A stretch of 64,000 nucleotides of DNA from Octopus sinensis (taxonomy: Eukaryota): NCBI RefSeq assembly GCF_006345805.1, contig NC_043011.1, forward strand, positions 50,604,464-50,668,463, read 5' to 3'. The notes beneath the pieces were generated by a model. The model had not been told where the DNA came from. It worked only from the letters and a program-made list of their open reading frames with translations, and did not search any database. Position 1 is the stretch's first letter, and the number at the start of each line of letters is the position of its first letter. The translations under genes and the position numbers were made by a program. Shown piece by piece: positions 24,513-37,625 of the stretch.

Positions 24513-25858
24513 TAAGATATCAAATGCCAAAACCTTTGAAAAATGTGGTGAGTCCAGTACCTGAAGCATGCTGAGGAGAATTCAGTGCAGATGGGTAGGA
24601 CATGTTTTTCAAATGAAAAATATTCACATTCCACCCCTAACCCTAACCCTAAAACAGATTGAAATGCAATACATCGATACTAGGGTCATAATTATGGGTG
24701 ACAATTTCATATGACACCGCTAGAAAAAACTGCCATTCAAACCGAAAAGATCCGAGGTAGGAACACTAAGCAGTGATGTACATACCGTAAATCTTCGAGT
24801 ATAGTCCACCATTGAGTATAATACGCAGGGGTTTTTTAGGGGGCCATGCTTCTGAAAAACCTAAACCTTGTGTATAATACGTACCCCTTCTCTAACTTGA
24901 GTCGTGCGTAATTAAGCCAGCAGCACCTGGTCGAACAAACACTTCCGCGCATGTGTAATACAATAATGGTGATGTTCTTAACTATTATATGGGAATGTAA
25001 ATATGTTTGCAAATTGTTTTTGTTCCATGTTATTCTGTGTTCTGAATACTTTTATTTTAATAAATGTTGCTTACTTCAAGTTATGGATGATTCTTTTATG
25101 ACTTCATTGCTTTCAGTCTTAGTTTAAGGTATTTTCGCGCCCGACATCACAAAATGCGTCTGAATAAACATTGCCGGACAGGAAATAGAGACTTATTTAC
25201 TCATAAAATCTCTACATCTTGATTTGTGTTCGTTTTGTTACTCTTTATCTAGAAACTGTCTCCTCTATACCTTAAATCTCTCAACTGGCACAATGACACA
25301 CCCGTTCAATAGTAACTGCCCACCTTCCTGTTGTTGCTGATGTTAAATTGCAGGTAGGGAATCCCCAACACTACGTGGGTGGTCTTGATATACAAATGCC
25401 TTGTTTCCATTGGCTCCTGAAATTGATATGTAATCTTTTTACTAGTTTTAGGGTGTTAGTGGAAGAAATCAGCCCCAAGACTTAGTCTTTTGTAAGTCTA
25501 GTACTGATTTATATATCTATATATACATATATAGTTTTATATTATACATTCAGTTCTTTCATACACAAACTAACGTGCATTCCTTTTTAGATTAATTATT
25601 TATCCTTATTTATCTCTCCACTGATTTCGGTACCAGTGTAAATTCTATAAGCTCTGCATTTTGACTCATTTATTTCAAACTTCTTTCAATTTTCAATTTA
25701 ATGTAATCCACACTCTCTTGAAAACATGTTTTTACAAAAGGTTATCTAAAAATATGGGTAAAGAAAGAAACAGCAAAAAATATTGGGGTGGTGGGTTGGC
25801 TGAAATGTCTGAGGCTTCCACCACACCCCTTCCCATCTTCCGAACCACAAGAAAAGGG

Positions 25859-26890
25859 TGTAGCATAGCTAGGTGATATCCTCACTGTTTGAGAGATATA
25901 TTAGAAATGATTTCATGTTAGATAGCAACCATCTTCGGCTATTTTGACCCTGTTGTGTCCACTGCTCTGATTGGTTGACAGTCTCTTGACTTATTTCGTA
26001 CCAGTATGTAAGCCAACCAAACACAGCTTTCGGATAAGGTCCCATGACAGTGTTTTGGGGATTTCACTGGAGCCCACCTCAGGTTATTGAAGGTGCCAGC
26101 GAATCACTATCTTTCATCTTAGGTTCTAGTCCTTCTCAGAACTAACCTCTGACCACAGAGTGACTCAGCCAGTTCCATGTTCCAGTGACAACCAGACCAG
26201 CTAGTTCCAGCGACCCAGCCATGTTCCTGCTGCTGCAGCACTAATGCCGTCATCTCAACCATCACCATTCTCCATCTCCAACAACACTAATACATACACA
26301 GCAACTCACTCAGGTTTAGCTTATACGTTGTTGTGATATTCACCGAGGTTAACAGCCCAGCACTACCTGCAAGATCTTCTGTACCAAAGTAACTTGGCAC
26401 AGCGTCGAAGCCACAACTGCTACACGACATATGTTCAACCGGCATTCTGCCTTGTGACCCCAATATCCTGTTACAGAACTATTACTATTGTGTAACCTTA
26501 TTACGAACTGGTAAATTAACTCCATCTTGTCTGAAATATCCTGAGAGACTCATTTTCTATGCTCTGTATTCTGTCATACCTACATACACTTTTGTTTGCA
26601 CTTAAGTTCAGGCTTACAACGAACACACAGACACAAACACTTGTTGCACACACTGTTGTTATACTACAGCGTACGCACAGACACATGTGCACGCACTCAG
26701 ACACGACACTGTACACATCTGTAAATAAAGTCTTCTCTCTCAAACAGTAGAACGGTTGTCGTCCTCATTATTGCTTTTGGCACTTATTCAGTTATATCAT
26801 GTATTTGGCTTATTTTGTTAGGGCGGCCGTGCGGCGTTAAAAGGAGAAATTTCTGTCACCAACTCCTTACGTGTGATCTTACTCCCTACA
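25859..26890 (+). mobile_element. Solo LTR (1032 bp, TG...CA, 4-bp TSD AGGG)
   Basis: TGTAG...CTACA termini, AGGG at 25855-25858 and 26891-26894, internal AATAAA; empty paralogous site aaaagggtttt near 37095. Confidence 0.9.
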
Positions 26891-27059
26891 AGGGTTTTGT
26901 GGTATATTAGTAGGTCATCGGAATTCATTCAATAAAAAAAAAGAAGTTCCAGTGATTCCGGGATGGGGTATGGGGGTGCAGTTTCTTACCCAACCCATTT
27001 TCTGAACAAAAATGAGGGGTTTGCAGCATATTAAGAGGTCAGGTGAAAGGGTCAAAATT

Positions 27060-27335
27060 GACCGCAGTGAGTAGCGCCATCTATAGGAGAAGTCATGTAA
27101 TATAATTATGTAAGGGGAAACAACTCCAGCAGCACTTGATCTTCGCGCCAATTAAATACTTAATTACGTTGGTTAATTACTCATCGCTGACTCGTTGTTT
27201 ATATCTGGATCGGGTAAGTTGATCAAGATTTCCTTTAAGGCTGTAATCATGATAATAATACTACTAATGATAATGTAAATAATAGATTTCTGTGAACCTC
27301 TCGATGTTGGAGTAATTATTTCGAAGAGGGAACCT
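27060..27335 (+). repeat. ZNF-associated upstream module (copy 2)
   Basis: agcgccatctatagg...aagatttcctttaaggctgtaatcatg...cctctcgatgttggagtaattatttcgaag; no MITE. Confidence 0.75.
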
Positions 27336-27991
27336 CACAACAATTAGGAAAATATATTAGTTCGTCTGAAGAACTTCCAAACTGAAATGTTGACCTGTTG
27401 TTTATGGGAACCTATAATCCACTGTTACATGGGGTATAAAGGAAATTAAGGTTAATGTTGACGTTGTTACCCAGAGAGGAAATCGAAAAAAAGAAATAGT
27501 GCAACGGGTAGAAAAGGAATCCGAAGAGAAAAATGTGCAGGAAGCAATGATGGTGAGAGGCCTTCGGAAAATTGACCAGATCCGAAGTTTTTCCCTCGTA
27601 ACTTTTAGGAAAATGTTTTGTTTTTTTTTTGTAAATGAAATTTAATATAAATACGTTTCAAACGGTATAGCTCACGATTACAAAGAAATTTGTGGCGAAA
27701 ATCTTTTGCGATGGGGTAAGGAGAGGACTTCGGAAAATCCGATGTTTTTCCCTCGTAACTTTGAGGAAAATGGATATCTTTCTATTTCACATCCACGTAG
27801 GGAACGAATCTGAAAACAAAAATGCACTGAAAGCAACGGGGTGGGGGGAGGACTTCGGAAAATTCACAAGATCCAAGTTTTTCCCTCGTAACTTTGAGGA
27901 AAACATAATCCTTTTGAAATAACAAATTACGCTTCTCCTCAGGAACTTGGATGCTAAACATCCTTTTGAAGGGTTCGGGTCCTTACTTCTG

Positions 27992-28045
<54 letters not shown>

Positions 28046-28223
28046 TATATAAATTTGACATGGGCGATTCTTTATTGTTTTGCGATTCACGATCAAACGG
28101 CTGGGTGGAATTGAACCAAAAATTACACAGATGTGTAGCATTACTTTCTAATCGTAATCTATTCCATGTGAAAGGTATTTATATAAAATTTCATTTGAGA
28201 AAAACCCCATTTTCCTAAAAGTT

Positions 28224-28547
28224 AAGATCATGGTCTGCACCCCCTTTGGGATTTCGTTTTTTGGGGTTTTTTTTCTGGAGGAACACTGTATATCGATGGT
28301 GGAGATTACACAATCTGCATTTCAAAACCTAACCACGCCCTTCAATTTCTTAAATTTTCCCAATATTTAGCCAAAAAATTTGTTTTTGAAAGTGAAAATT
28401 TAAGAAATGGGGTTGAGGGGTAAAATTTGGAAATGCTGTTTTTTTTTTTTGTTTTTTTGTTTTTTTTTGGCAGATTTGGAATCTCCACCATGGATACTGT
28501 TGTCCAGTAGAATAAAAAATCCCAAAGGGGGGGCGGTGCATGATCTT
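28224..28547. mobile_element. MITE-like element with ~30-bp imperfect TIRs
   Basis: agatcatgg..caccccctttgggattt mirrored by aaatcccaaagggggggcggtgcatgatct; absent at the paralogous site ~38765. Confidence 0.55.
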
Positions 28548-28573
28548 TACCTCCACTATAATTTGTACTTTGA

Positions 28574-28791
28574 AGGCGGCGAGCTGGCAGAAACGTTAGC
28601 ACGCCGGGCGAAATGCGTTGCCGTATTTCGTCTGCTGTTACGTTCCGCCAAGGTCGACTTTGCCTTTCATCCTTCCGGGGTCGATAAATTAAGTACCAGT
28701 TACGCACTGGGGTTGATGTAATCGACTTAATCCCTTTGTCTGTCCTTGTTTGTCTCCTCTGTGTTTAGCCCCTTGTGGGTAGTAAAGAAAT
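28574..28791 (+). mobile_element. SINE family B
   Basis: Consensus head and core. Confidence 0.88.
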
Positions 28792-29104
28792 ATATAATTT
28801 GTACTTTGAAATTAAAGATGTATGGGGCACTACCCACGGACTATAGAGCCTTTAGTGTGGTCAAGTCTGCAACCTGGTCCACAGAGAAGAGACTTCGAGT
28901 CAGGTAGGGAGGAGTCTGGGGACGTAAACGATCCTACTTGCCTTCACCGCATGTGGCTAATGGAAGTGAAGTAAGCAATACACACACTCTTTCCCCTGAT
29001 TATTTTTATGTATAGCTTATGAGGTACATGCAATCAATTAGACTTATACTGGATGGTTTCTGTGTTGAAGCTCCTAGGAGCTTGTTCACAGGTCCTTTTC
29101 CACT

Positions 29105-30115
29105 AGTAAAATTAATTTATCAGCCAGCCTCGCCTGGCCCCCGTGCCGGTGACACGTAAAAGCACCATCCGTTCGTGTCCGTTGCCAGCCTCGCCTGGCC
29201 CCTGTGCCAGTGACACGTAAAAGCACCATCCATTCGTGGCCGTTTGCCAGCTCTGTCTGGCAGCTGTGCGGGTGGCACGTAAAAAGCACCCACTACACTC
29301 ACGGAGTGGTTGGCGTTAGGAAGGGCATCCAGCCGTAGAAACACTGCCAAATCTGACTGGACCTGATGAAGCCTTCTGGCTTCACAGACCCCAGTTGAAC
29401 CGTCCAACCCATGCTAGCATGGAAAACGGACGCTAGATGATGATGTGCGGTACAACTCTTCGACAGTTGTAGCTAATAGTAACAGGCAGGGTCAAATTTT
29501 GCAGGTCGCTCCCTCCAATGTGCATCAAGCCTCTTCTTGAAGGCATTGACTGATGGAGCTGCAACCACAGGCGTTTGGCAGACTGTTCCAGGTGGAGGTC
29601 ACACCCTTCACGAAAAAGCAGCTTCTAATGTTGAGCCTGCAGTGTGATCTTTCCAATTTCAGGCTGTGTCCTCCCATATTTCTGCCTTGGAAGTTGTTGA
29701 ATTGGGTGCGGTTGGTCAGGTTCAGGCCGTGCGTATACATATACATGTCATTGACTTGTCAAGATTCATTCGTTAGTCCCCCTTTCGTTATAGCACATGC
29801 TGTTAACTATAAACACATGAAATATTATCACTAATAATACTTTCTTGATACACATCCCCGACTGGCCTCCGTGCCGGTGGCACGTAAAAAGCACCATCCG
29901 TTCGTGGCCGTTGCCAGCCTCGCCTGGCACCTGTGCGGGTGGCATGTAAAAAGCACCCACTACACTCACAGAGTGGTTGGCATTAGGAAGGGCATCCAGC
30001 CGTAGAAACACTGCCAGATCAGACTGGGCCTGATTCAGCCTTCTGGCTTCACAGACCCCAGTTGAACCGTCCAACCCATGCTAGCATGGAAAGCGGACGC
30101 TAAATGATGATGATG
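29105..30115 (+). mobile_element. Two family C copies (29105-29445, 29855-30115) flanking a CR1-like fragment
   Basis: Both end in catgctagcatggaaa.cggacg...gatgatgatg; internal gccagcctcgcctggc repeats. Confidence 0.85.
29525..29740 (-). mobile_element. CR1-type LINE ORF2 C-terminal fragment
   Basis: GGHSLKLERSHCRLNIRSCFFVKGVTSTWNSLP matches the TRGH..KL....R..FF..RV...WN.LP pattern. Confidence 0.75.
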
Positions 30116-30549
30116 TATGTGTGTGGAATGTAGATAATAAAAATCAATGTCGCAGTTTAAACTTGAGAAAAGCCTTGCATATTTATAATGTGCAAGTTAT
30201 ATATATATGTATGCATTTTCGTGTGTGTGTGCGGCTAGGGTTCCTTCTTACTTGCTTCATTTGTGTATGTAAATTTCTAAGAAGAAAACGACATCGTTGC
30301 CACAAAAGCCATATTAATGATGATATTTCGTTAATTTACAGTTCAGAGCACCTGCTGTCAAACTCACTAAAACTAACAAACGAATCTTGACGAGTCTGAG
30401 ACTCAAAAACAATTAAATGCAGCTTAACTATAGAGGAACGAGATGCTATTAAGCATTTTGTCCGACAAGCAAATGATTCTTCCTGTAAATAATACACGGT
30501 TGACCAGAATCCATGACTCGCTTGTTCATTAAATTCTTTTCTATATTAA

Positions 30550-30768
30550 CCCTTTTGTTACTGTATTTATTTTGAGATGCTCTGTATTCTTTCAATTACT
30601 TTAAATATAATAAAGAAGTTAGTAAAATAACTTAGTTACCATTAAGGTAGTGTTCAGAACATAAACTGTGACTAAATTTTGGTGTAAGATTTTAATTCAA
30701 AATTTATGAAAACAAGACATTTGTACTCAGAGCCAGAGCCAGTTTCAGCCGGGTTGGTAACAAAAGGG
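30550..30768. mobile_element. piggyBac-type MITE
   Basis: TTAA|CCCTTTTG...CAAAAGGG|TTAA; inverted homolog of 22112-22331. Confidence 0.85.
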
Positions 30769-30804
30769 TTAATACACTTATTAAGAAATAAAATAGTCAT
30801 CGAA

Positions 30805-31150
30805 ATCAAATTGAACCAGCCAGGATCCCTGGTCTGGTGGTACGTAAAAAGCACTATCCAACTCGTGGCCGATGCCAGCTCCGCCTCGACTGGCTTCCGT
30901 GCCGGTGGCACATAAAATACACCAATCCGACTGTGGCCGTTGCCAGCCTCGCCTGGCACCTGTGCAGGTGGCACGTAAAAAGCACCCACTACACTCACGG
31001 AGTGGTTGGCGTTAGGAAGGGCATCCAGCTGTAGAAACATTGCCAGATAAGACTGGAGCCTGGTGCAGCCTTCTGGCTTCCCGGATCCCCGGTCAAACCG
31101 TCCAACCCATGCTAGCATGGAGAACGGACGTTAAACGATGATGATGATGA
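30805..31150 (+). mobile_element. Family C element, longer subtype nearly identical to 58300-58660
   Basis: Shared aattgaaccagccaggatccctggtctggtggtacg start and gatgatgatg tail. Confidence 0.88.
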
Positions 31151-31928
31151 ATTTAAATAATAAAAGAAGCATGCTAGGAAAGATGACTGAAATTCAGTCA
31201 TGAATTCTGGTCCACCCTGTAGGATTTTATGAACCCTTCGAAGTTACAGTAATCACATAGAAGGGAAAGCATAGAAACATTGAGAAAATATGCTTCCTCG
31301 TCTTGGATATATCAAACATTGATTTTTTTTTTAAAGGTACGAGGAAACGAATTTAGGGTGTAACACACATTTATGTCGTTATGCCATTCTTTCAATGCCT
31401 CAATGAACTCCGACCCCTAAAAACATTTAATCGATGACAGTGTTCATGTTGTAAAATTTGCAACATTGAATTAGCGTATCATTTAACTATTCTCTTTATC
31501 TTAATATTTCTTTTCCTATTTCAGAATATCACCTTATGTTGACCCACAAGAAACGTCTTCATTCAGATGTGCCTTTCATATTTTTACGTCGTTTCATCAA
31601 CTAAAGCAAGATGACATAATTTATCAGGAGCATTCATCAATACATCAAAATTTATATGAATACAATCTAAGAATACAATATTTTTCTTGTCTTCACTGTT
31701 TGGAATGTAGAGGAAGTGATTGCCTTACAGGTTAATTAAGGTTGGATAACTTTACAAACGAGTTGACAATTTCCACCTGCTGATTTAGATATTAAGTAAG
31801 ATCACAGAAGAAAGAAACACAGCTTCAAATTCTTTTCTAGAAAAAGTGGCAGAACTGAAAACAAAGATGTTTATAGAGATGAAGGAAACATTATCATTGT
31901 GATATGTATAATAAATTATTCTCTCACA

Positions 31929-33080
31929 ATGAATAAATTAACTGAAGCAAAAAACGATGATATAAGAGTGAAACAATATTTCTGTGATATCTGTGGTAAG
32001 TCATTCTCTCAAAGGTGTAACTTGACTCATCACAAATATACACATACAGGAGAAAAGCCATATCATTGTGATATCTGTGGTAAATCATTCTCTCAAAAGA
32101 GTGACTTGACTAAACACAATCATACACATACAGGACAAAAGCCATATCATTGTGATATCTGTGGTAAATCGTTCTCTCAAAGGTGTAACTTGACTCATCA
32201 CAAATATACACATACAGGAGAAAAGCCATATCATTGTGAAATCTGTGGTAAATCATTCTCTCAGAGGAATACCTTGACTGAACACAGACATACACATACA
32301 GGAGACAAGCCATATCATTGCGATATCTGTGATAAATCATTCTATCGAAGGAGTAACTTGACTCAACACAAACTTACACATACAGGACAAAAGCCATACA
32401 ATTGTGATATCTGTAGTAAATCATTCTCGCGTAGGAGTATCTTGACTCAACACAAATATACACATACAGGAGAAAAGCCATATCATTGTGATATCTGTGG
32501 TAAATCATTCTCTCGAAGGGGTATCTTGACTCAACACAAATATACACATACAGGAGAAAAGCCATATCATTGTGATATCTGTGGTAAATCATTCTCTCAA
32601 AGCAGTGACGTGGCTAAACACAAACATACACATACAACAGAAAAGCCATATCATTGTGATATTTGTGGTAGATCCTTCTCTCAAATGTGTAACTTGATTC
32701 AGCACCAACATACACATACGGGAGAAAAGCCATATCATTGTGATATCTGTAGTAAATCATTCTCTCATAGGAGTAACTTGACTAAGCACGAGCGTACACA
32801 TACAGGAGAAAAGCCTTATGATTGTGATATCTGTTGTAAATCATTCTCTGATATGAGTAACTTGACTAAGCATAAATATACACATACAGGAGAGAAGCCA
32901 TATCAATGTGATATCTGTGATAAATCATCTTCTCAAAATTATCATTTAACTAATTTCAGATACATTCATACAAGGGAAAAACCTTATCGTTGTGATATCT
33001 GTGATAAATCATTCTCTGCAAATTGTGATTTAACTAGTAACAAACATATTCATGCTGGAGAGAAGCTTTTATCATTGTGA
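31929..33080 (+). CDS. C2H2 zinc-finger protein ZNF-2 (11 intact and 2 degenerate fingers)
   Basis: ORF 31899-33080; ATG at 31929; acceptor ctatttcag at 31524; last two fingers lack the first His; AATAAA signals near 33525-33542. Confidence 0.93.
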   Translation: MNKLTEAKNDDIRVKQYFCDICGKSFSQRCNLTHHKYTHTGEKPYHCDICGKSFSQKSDLTKHNHTHTGQKPYHCDICGKSFSQRCNLTHHKYTHTGEKPYHCEICGKSFSQRNTLTEHRHTHTGDKPYHCDICDKSFYRRSNLTQHKLTHTGQKPYNCDICSKSFSRRSILTQHKYTHTGEKPYHCDICGKSFSRRGILTQHKYTHTGEKPYHCDICGKSFSQSSDVAKHKHTHTTEKPYHCDICGRSFSQMCNLIQHQHTHTGEKPYHCDICSKSFSHRSNLTKHERTHTGEKPYDCDICCKSFSDMSNLTKHKYTHTGEKPYQCDICDKSSSQNYHLTNFRYIHTREKPYRCDICDKSFSANCDLTSNKHIHAGEKLLSL

Positions 33081-34062
33081 CACCTGAGGTCAGTCATGCT
33101 CTTGCGAATGTACATATTCATACCACACAAAATCTACATCATGGTCCAATCTGTTGTAAATCATTCTCTCATAGATCTAACTTAACTGTAAATGAATGCA
33201 TTCCTACAGGAGAGAAGCTATGTCAGAGTAACATCTGTGCTAAACCATTCTCTTGAAAAAAGCTACATCCATACACCTGGGTATTCACAACAATTGTAAC
33301 TGTACCAATGTCAGGATTTATTAAAACATTACAACAATTAAGTCTGTTTTGCCAGCTGTAATGCAGGGTTTTTCCCATCATCAATTTTGATGTCATCAAT
33401 TTGAATACCATCAGTGTGAATCTCAAATCTGTCATCATCTGTCAAAATATTGACTCTGAGTTAACTTGATTGCTAAAAATGCTTGTGTTTGGATTTTGAG
33501 GAATTTGCTACAAAAGAATAATGAATAAAAAATCAGAATAAAAGTTAGACCATTTTGTGTTCGTTTTGTTACTCATTATCTAGACACTGTCTCCTCTATA
33601 CCTTAAATCTCTCAACTGGCACAATGGCACACCCGTTCAATAGTAACTGCCCACCTCCCTGTTGTGGGATTTTTTGTCACCTGGGGATTTGGTGACCCTT
33701 TTGACGCTGATGTTACGTGTCCTTACATACTGTTAAAGTGCTGCTATTAACAGTGTATTATTCAAATTCCTTGTTTCTATTGGCTCCTGTAATTTATATG
33801 TAATCTTTTAGTCTTTTAATCTTTGACGTATTTCAGTCATTTGACTGAGGCCATGCTGGAGCACCATCTCCGAGGGTGTCAGTGGCAGAAATCGATCCCA
33901 AGACTTAGTCTTTGTAAGTCTAGTACTGATTTTATCGTTGACTTTTGCTAAACCGCAGTTACAGGGACATAAACACACCAGTACCAATGATTAAGCGCAT
34001 GGCAGGTGGACAAAAAAAGACACAGACACATACCCAAATACACATAGATATACACTTATATA

Positions 34063-34448
34063 CTCTCTTTATTCTTTTACTTGTTTCAGTCATTTGACTG
34101 CGGCCATGCTGGAGCACCGCCTTTAGTCGAGCAACTCGACCCCGGGACTTATTCTTTGTAAGCCCAGTACTTATTCTATCAGTCTCTTTTGCCGAACTGC
34201 TAAGTGACAGGGACATAAACACACCAGCGTCGGTTGTCAGGCAATGCTACGGGGACAAACACAGACACACAAACATACGTATATACGACAGGCTTCTTTC
34301 AGTTTCCATCTACCAAATCCACTCACAAGGCTTTGTTCAGCCCGAGGCTATAGTAGAAGACATTTGCCCAAGGTGCCACGCAGTGGGACTGAACCCCAAA
34401 CCATGTGGTTGGTAAGCAAGCTACTTACCACACAGCCACTCCTGTGCC
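34063..34448 (-). mobile_element. SINE family A
   Basis: Reverse complement of the consensus. Confidence 0.9.
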
Positions 34449-34499
34449 TATATATATATCTATACATTTATATATATATATATGTAGTAGCCTAAGGTC

Positions 34500-34955
34500 G
34501 AGTTGAGCTGGCAGAAACATTAGCACCCCGGGGAAATGTATAGTGGTATTTCATCTGGTGTTACGTTCTGAATTCAAATTCCACCGAAGTCGACTTTGTC
34601 TTTCATCCTGTTTGGGTCGATAAATTAAGTACCTATTTCTTTATTACCCACAAGGGGCTAAACACAGAGGGGACAGACATAGGTATTACATCGATTACAC
34701 CGACCCCAGTGCGTAACTGGTACTTAATTTATCGACCCCGAAAGAATGAAAAGCAAAGTCGACCTCGGCGGAATTTGAACTCACAACGTAACGCAGACGA
34801 AATACCGCTAAGCATTTCGCCCGGCGTACTAACGTTTCTGCCAGCTCGCCGCCTTAAATTAAGTACCAGTTACTCACTGGGGTTGATGTAGTCGACTTAA
34901 TCCCTGTCCTCGTTTGTCCTCTCTGTGTTTAGCCCCTTGTGGGCAATAAAGAAAT
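34500..34955. mobile_element. SINE B inserted antisense into another SINE B
   Basis: Inner copy 34634-34853 flanked by a taaattaagtacc duplication (34621-34633, 34855-34867). Confidence 0.88.
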
Positions 34956-36062
34956 AAAAAATCAACCCCAAGACAGGGACATAAACACACCAGTACAGTT
35001 GTTAAGCGATGGCAGGTGAAAAAACATAGATACACACATTTATACACGTACCCAAATACATACATGCATACACACACACATTATCATTATCGTTTAACGT
35101 CCGTTCTCCATGCTAGCATGGGTTGGACGGTTCGACCGGGGATCTGGGAAGCCAGAAGGCTGCACCAGGCTCCGGTCTTATCTGGCAATGTTTCTACAGC
35201 TGGATGCCCTTCCTAACGCCAACCACTCCGTGAGTGTAGTGGGTGCTTTTTACGTGCCACCTGCACATATATAGTAGCCTAAGTACCCAATGTTGCCCCT
35301 TTTGATACCAACCCAGCTGACACCCCCTCTGACTCTGCTTTACAAATGTCACGTTTTCATAAGTTTTGAATTTAAATTTTGCACCAAAATTCATTCACAG
35401 TTTATGATCCTGAAACTAGGTTAATGATAACCACCAAGTTATTTTATGAAGCTGTTTGTTATAATTATAATGAATTAAATGACACACAGAGCATCTCTAC
35501 AGAATTCATCATCATCATCGTTTAACGTCTGCTTTCCATGCTAGCATGGGTTGGACGATTTTGACTGAGGGCTGGCAAAACAGATGGCTGCACCAGGCTT
35601 CAGTCTTGATCTGGCAGAGTTTCTACAGCTTGATGCCCTTCCTAATGCCAACCACTCAGAGAGTGTAGTGGGTGCTTTTACGTGCAACTGGCACGGGGCC
35701 ATTCAGACGGTACTGGCAACGACCTCGCTTGAATCTTCTAATTATGGTAACAAAAGTGTTAAAGGAAATGAATGTATTTATTCTGATAAAACATATATTT
35801 TCAGAACAATTCTATCAGATGATGTGTATAAACAATATCAGTAAAACAAATCTTGGAATCAGTCGCAGTTTAATTTTGTAGAACTTGCAAATTTACAATC
35901 TTTTCAGCACCCACTACATTCTTGGAGTGGTTGGTGTTAGGAATGGCATCCAGCTAGCAAGAACAAATTGCAGCCTGGTTCAGCTTCGTGAGTTGCCAGT
36001 CCTCAGTTGAACCGTCTAACCCATAGAAAACAGGTGTTAAATGATGATGATGATGATATCAT

Positions 36063-36595
36063 ACAGGGTCAGGCAAAATGATCTGACACATTTGTAGGTT
36101 AAGTAAAAGGCATTGTTTTTCATTTCTTTTTCAGTTGCTGCCATGAATTGGACTGGTGAGCATCGCGCTTTCATTGTGGAAACGTTTATCAAAACAAACG
36201 ATTCTGTAACTGCAACACAAAGAGCGTTCCGTTTGCACTTCAATCTTGCTAGACATGATCCCGTACCAGCTCGAAACACGATCTTGTTATGGGTTACCAA
36301 CTTCAGAGCTACTGGATCTGCATTGAAACGAAAATCAACCGGCCGACCTCGCACCGCCAGAACTTAAAGATGCAATTCGTCAAGAAATTACTGCCATTCC
36401 ACATGAAATGACCCGCCGAGTTATTGACAACTTTCGTGAACGCCTTCGACAGTGTGTGGACAATAATGGATCCCATTTGACTGATTTAATTTTTAAAACA
36501 TAATGAAACAAAATGGCATTATATGTACTTTTCAAAAATAAAAACACTTTTTTGTTTCTTTACCTCATTTGCCTACAAATGTGTCAGATCACTCG
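36063..36595 (+). mobile_element. Internally deleted Tc1/mariner element
   Basis: TA-cagggtcaggcaaaatgatctgacacatttgtagg with partial mirror cctacaaatgtgtcagatca; N-terminus MNWTGEHRAFIVETF...GSALKRKSTGRPRTART joined to C-terminus ...FRERLRQCVDNNGSHL. Confidence 0.85.
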
Positions 36596-37625
36596 CTGTC
36601 TCTCTCTTTCTCACTCACTCAACACAAAGAAGACACGTGATTTCCTCGCCAAAAATTGCAAAGGGAAACTGCTTTAGCGTTTCAAATTTATTCTGCCATC
36701 TGGGATTATTATATCTTATATATTTTATATTCAGTGACTCTAACAGGTATAAAAAGATAATTTTGTTTTAATATTTATACTTTTAGTTGTTTCATGCACA
36801 AACTAACATGCATTTCTCTTTAGACTTATTATTGATCCTTATTTCTCTCTCCACTGTCTTCGGTACCACTGTAACTTCAATAAGCTCTGCTTTTTCACTT
36901 ATTTATTTCAAAATTTATTTATTTCAAAATTTTCAATTTAATGTAATCCACACTCTCTTGAAAACATGTTTCTGCAAAATGTCATCTAAAAATATGGGTA
37001 GATAAAGAAACAGCAAAAAATATTGGGGTGGCGTGTAGGCTGAAATGTCTGACGCTTCCACCACACCCCATCCTGTGTTTCAAACCACAAAAAAAGGGTT
37101 TTTGTGGCCTAATATGAGGTCACCAGAATTCATTCAATGACACAAAAAAGATATTTCCAATGATTCTGGGATGTGCTGTGGTTTCTCACCCACCCCATTT
37201 TCTGAACAAAAATGAGGGGTTTGCAGCATATTAGGTCAGGGTATTTGATTCCACACAAAAAACCCGAGATTTTTTTTTTTTTCTCAGTGAAAATAAGGGG
37301 GAAACAACTCCAGCAGCACTTGATCTTCATGCCAATTCAATTATTAACTATGCTAAACATCCTTTTGAAGGGTTCGGGTCCTTGCTTCTGATATATATTT
37401 ATATATATATATATATCATCATCATCGTTTAACGTCCGTTTTCCATGCTAGCATGGGTTGGACGGTTCAACTGGGGTCTGGAAGCCAGGCCCAGTCTGAT
37501 CTGGCAGTGTTTCTACAGCTGGATGCCCTTCCTAACGCCAACCACTCCGTGAGTGTAGTGGGTGCTTTTTATGTGCCACCTGCACAGGTGCCAGGCGAGG
37601 CTGGCAAACGGCCATGATCGGATGA

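Larger units (their letters stand above)
25225..28220 (+). repeat. Segmental duplicate of blocks at 33550-33930 and 36780-38760
   Basis: Collinear shared blocks 25225-25500/33550-33930, 25545-25858/36780-37100, 26895-27170/37100-37345 and 27945-28220/37349-37390+38594-38760. Confidence 0.85.
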
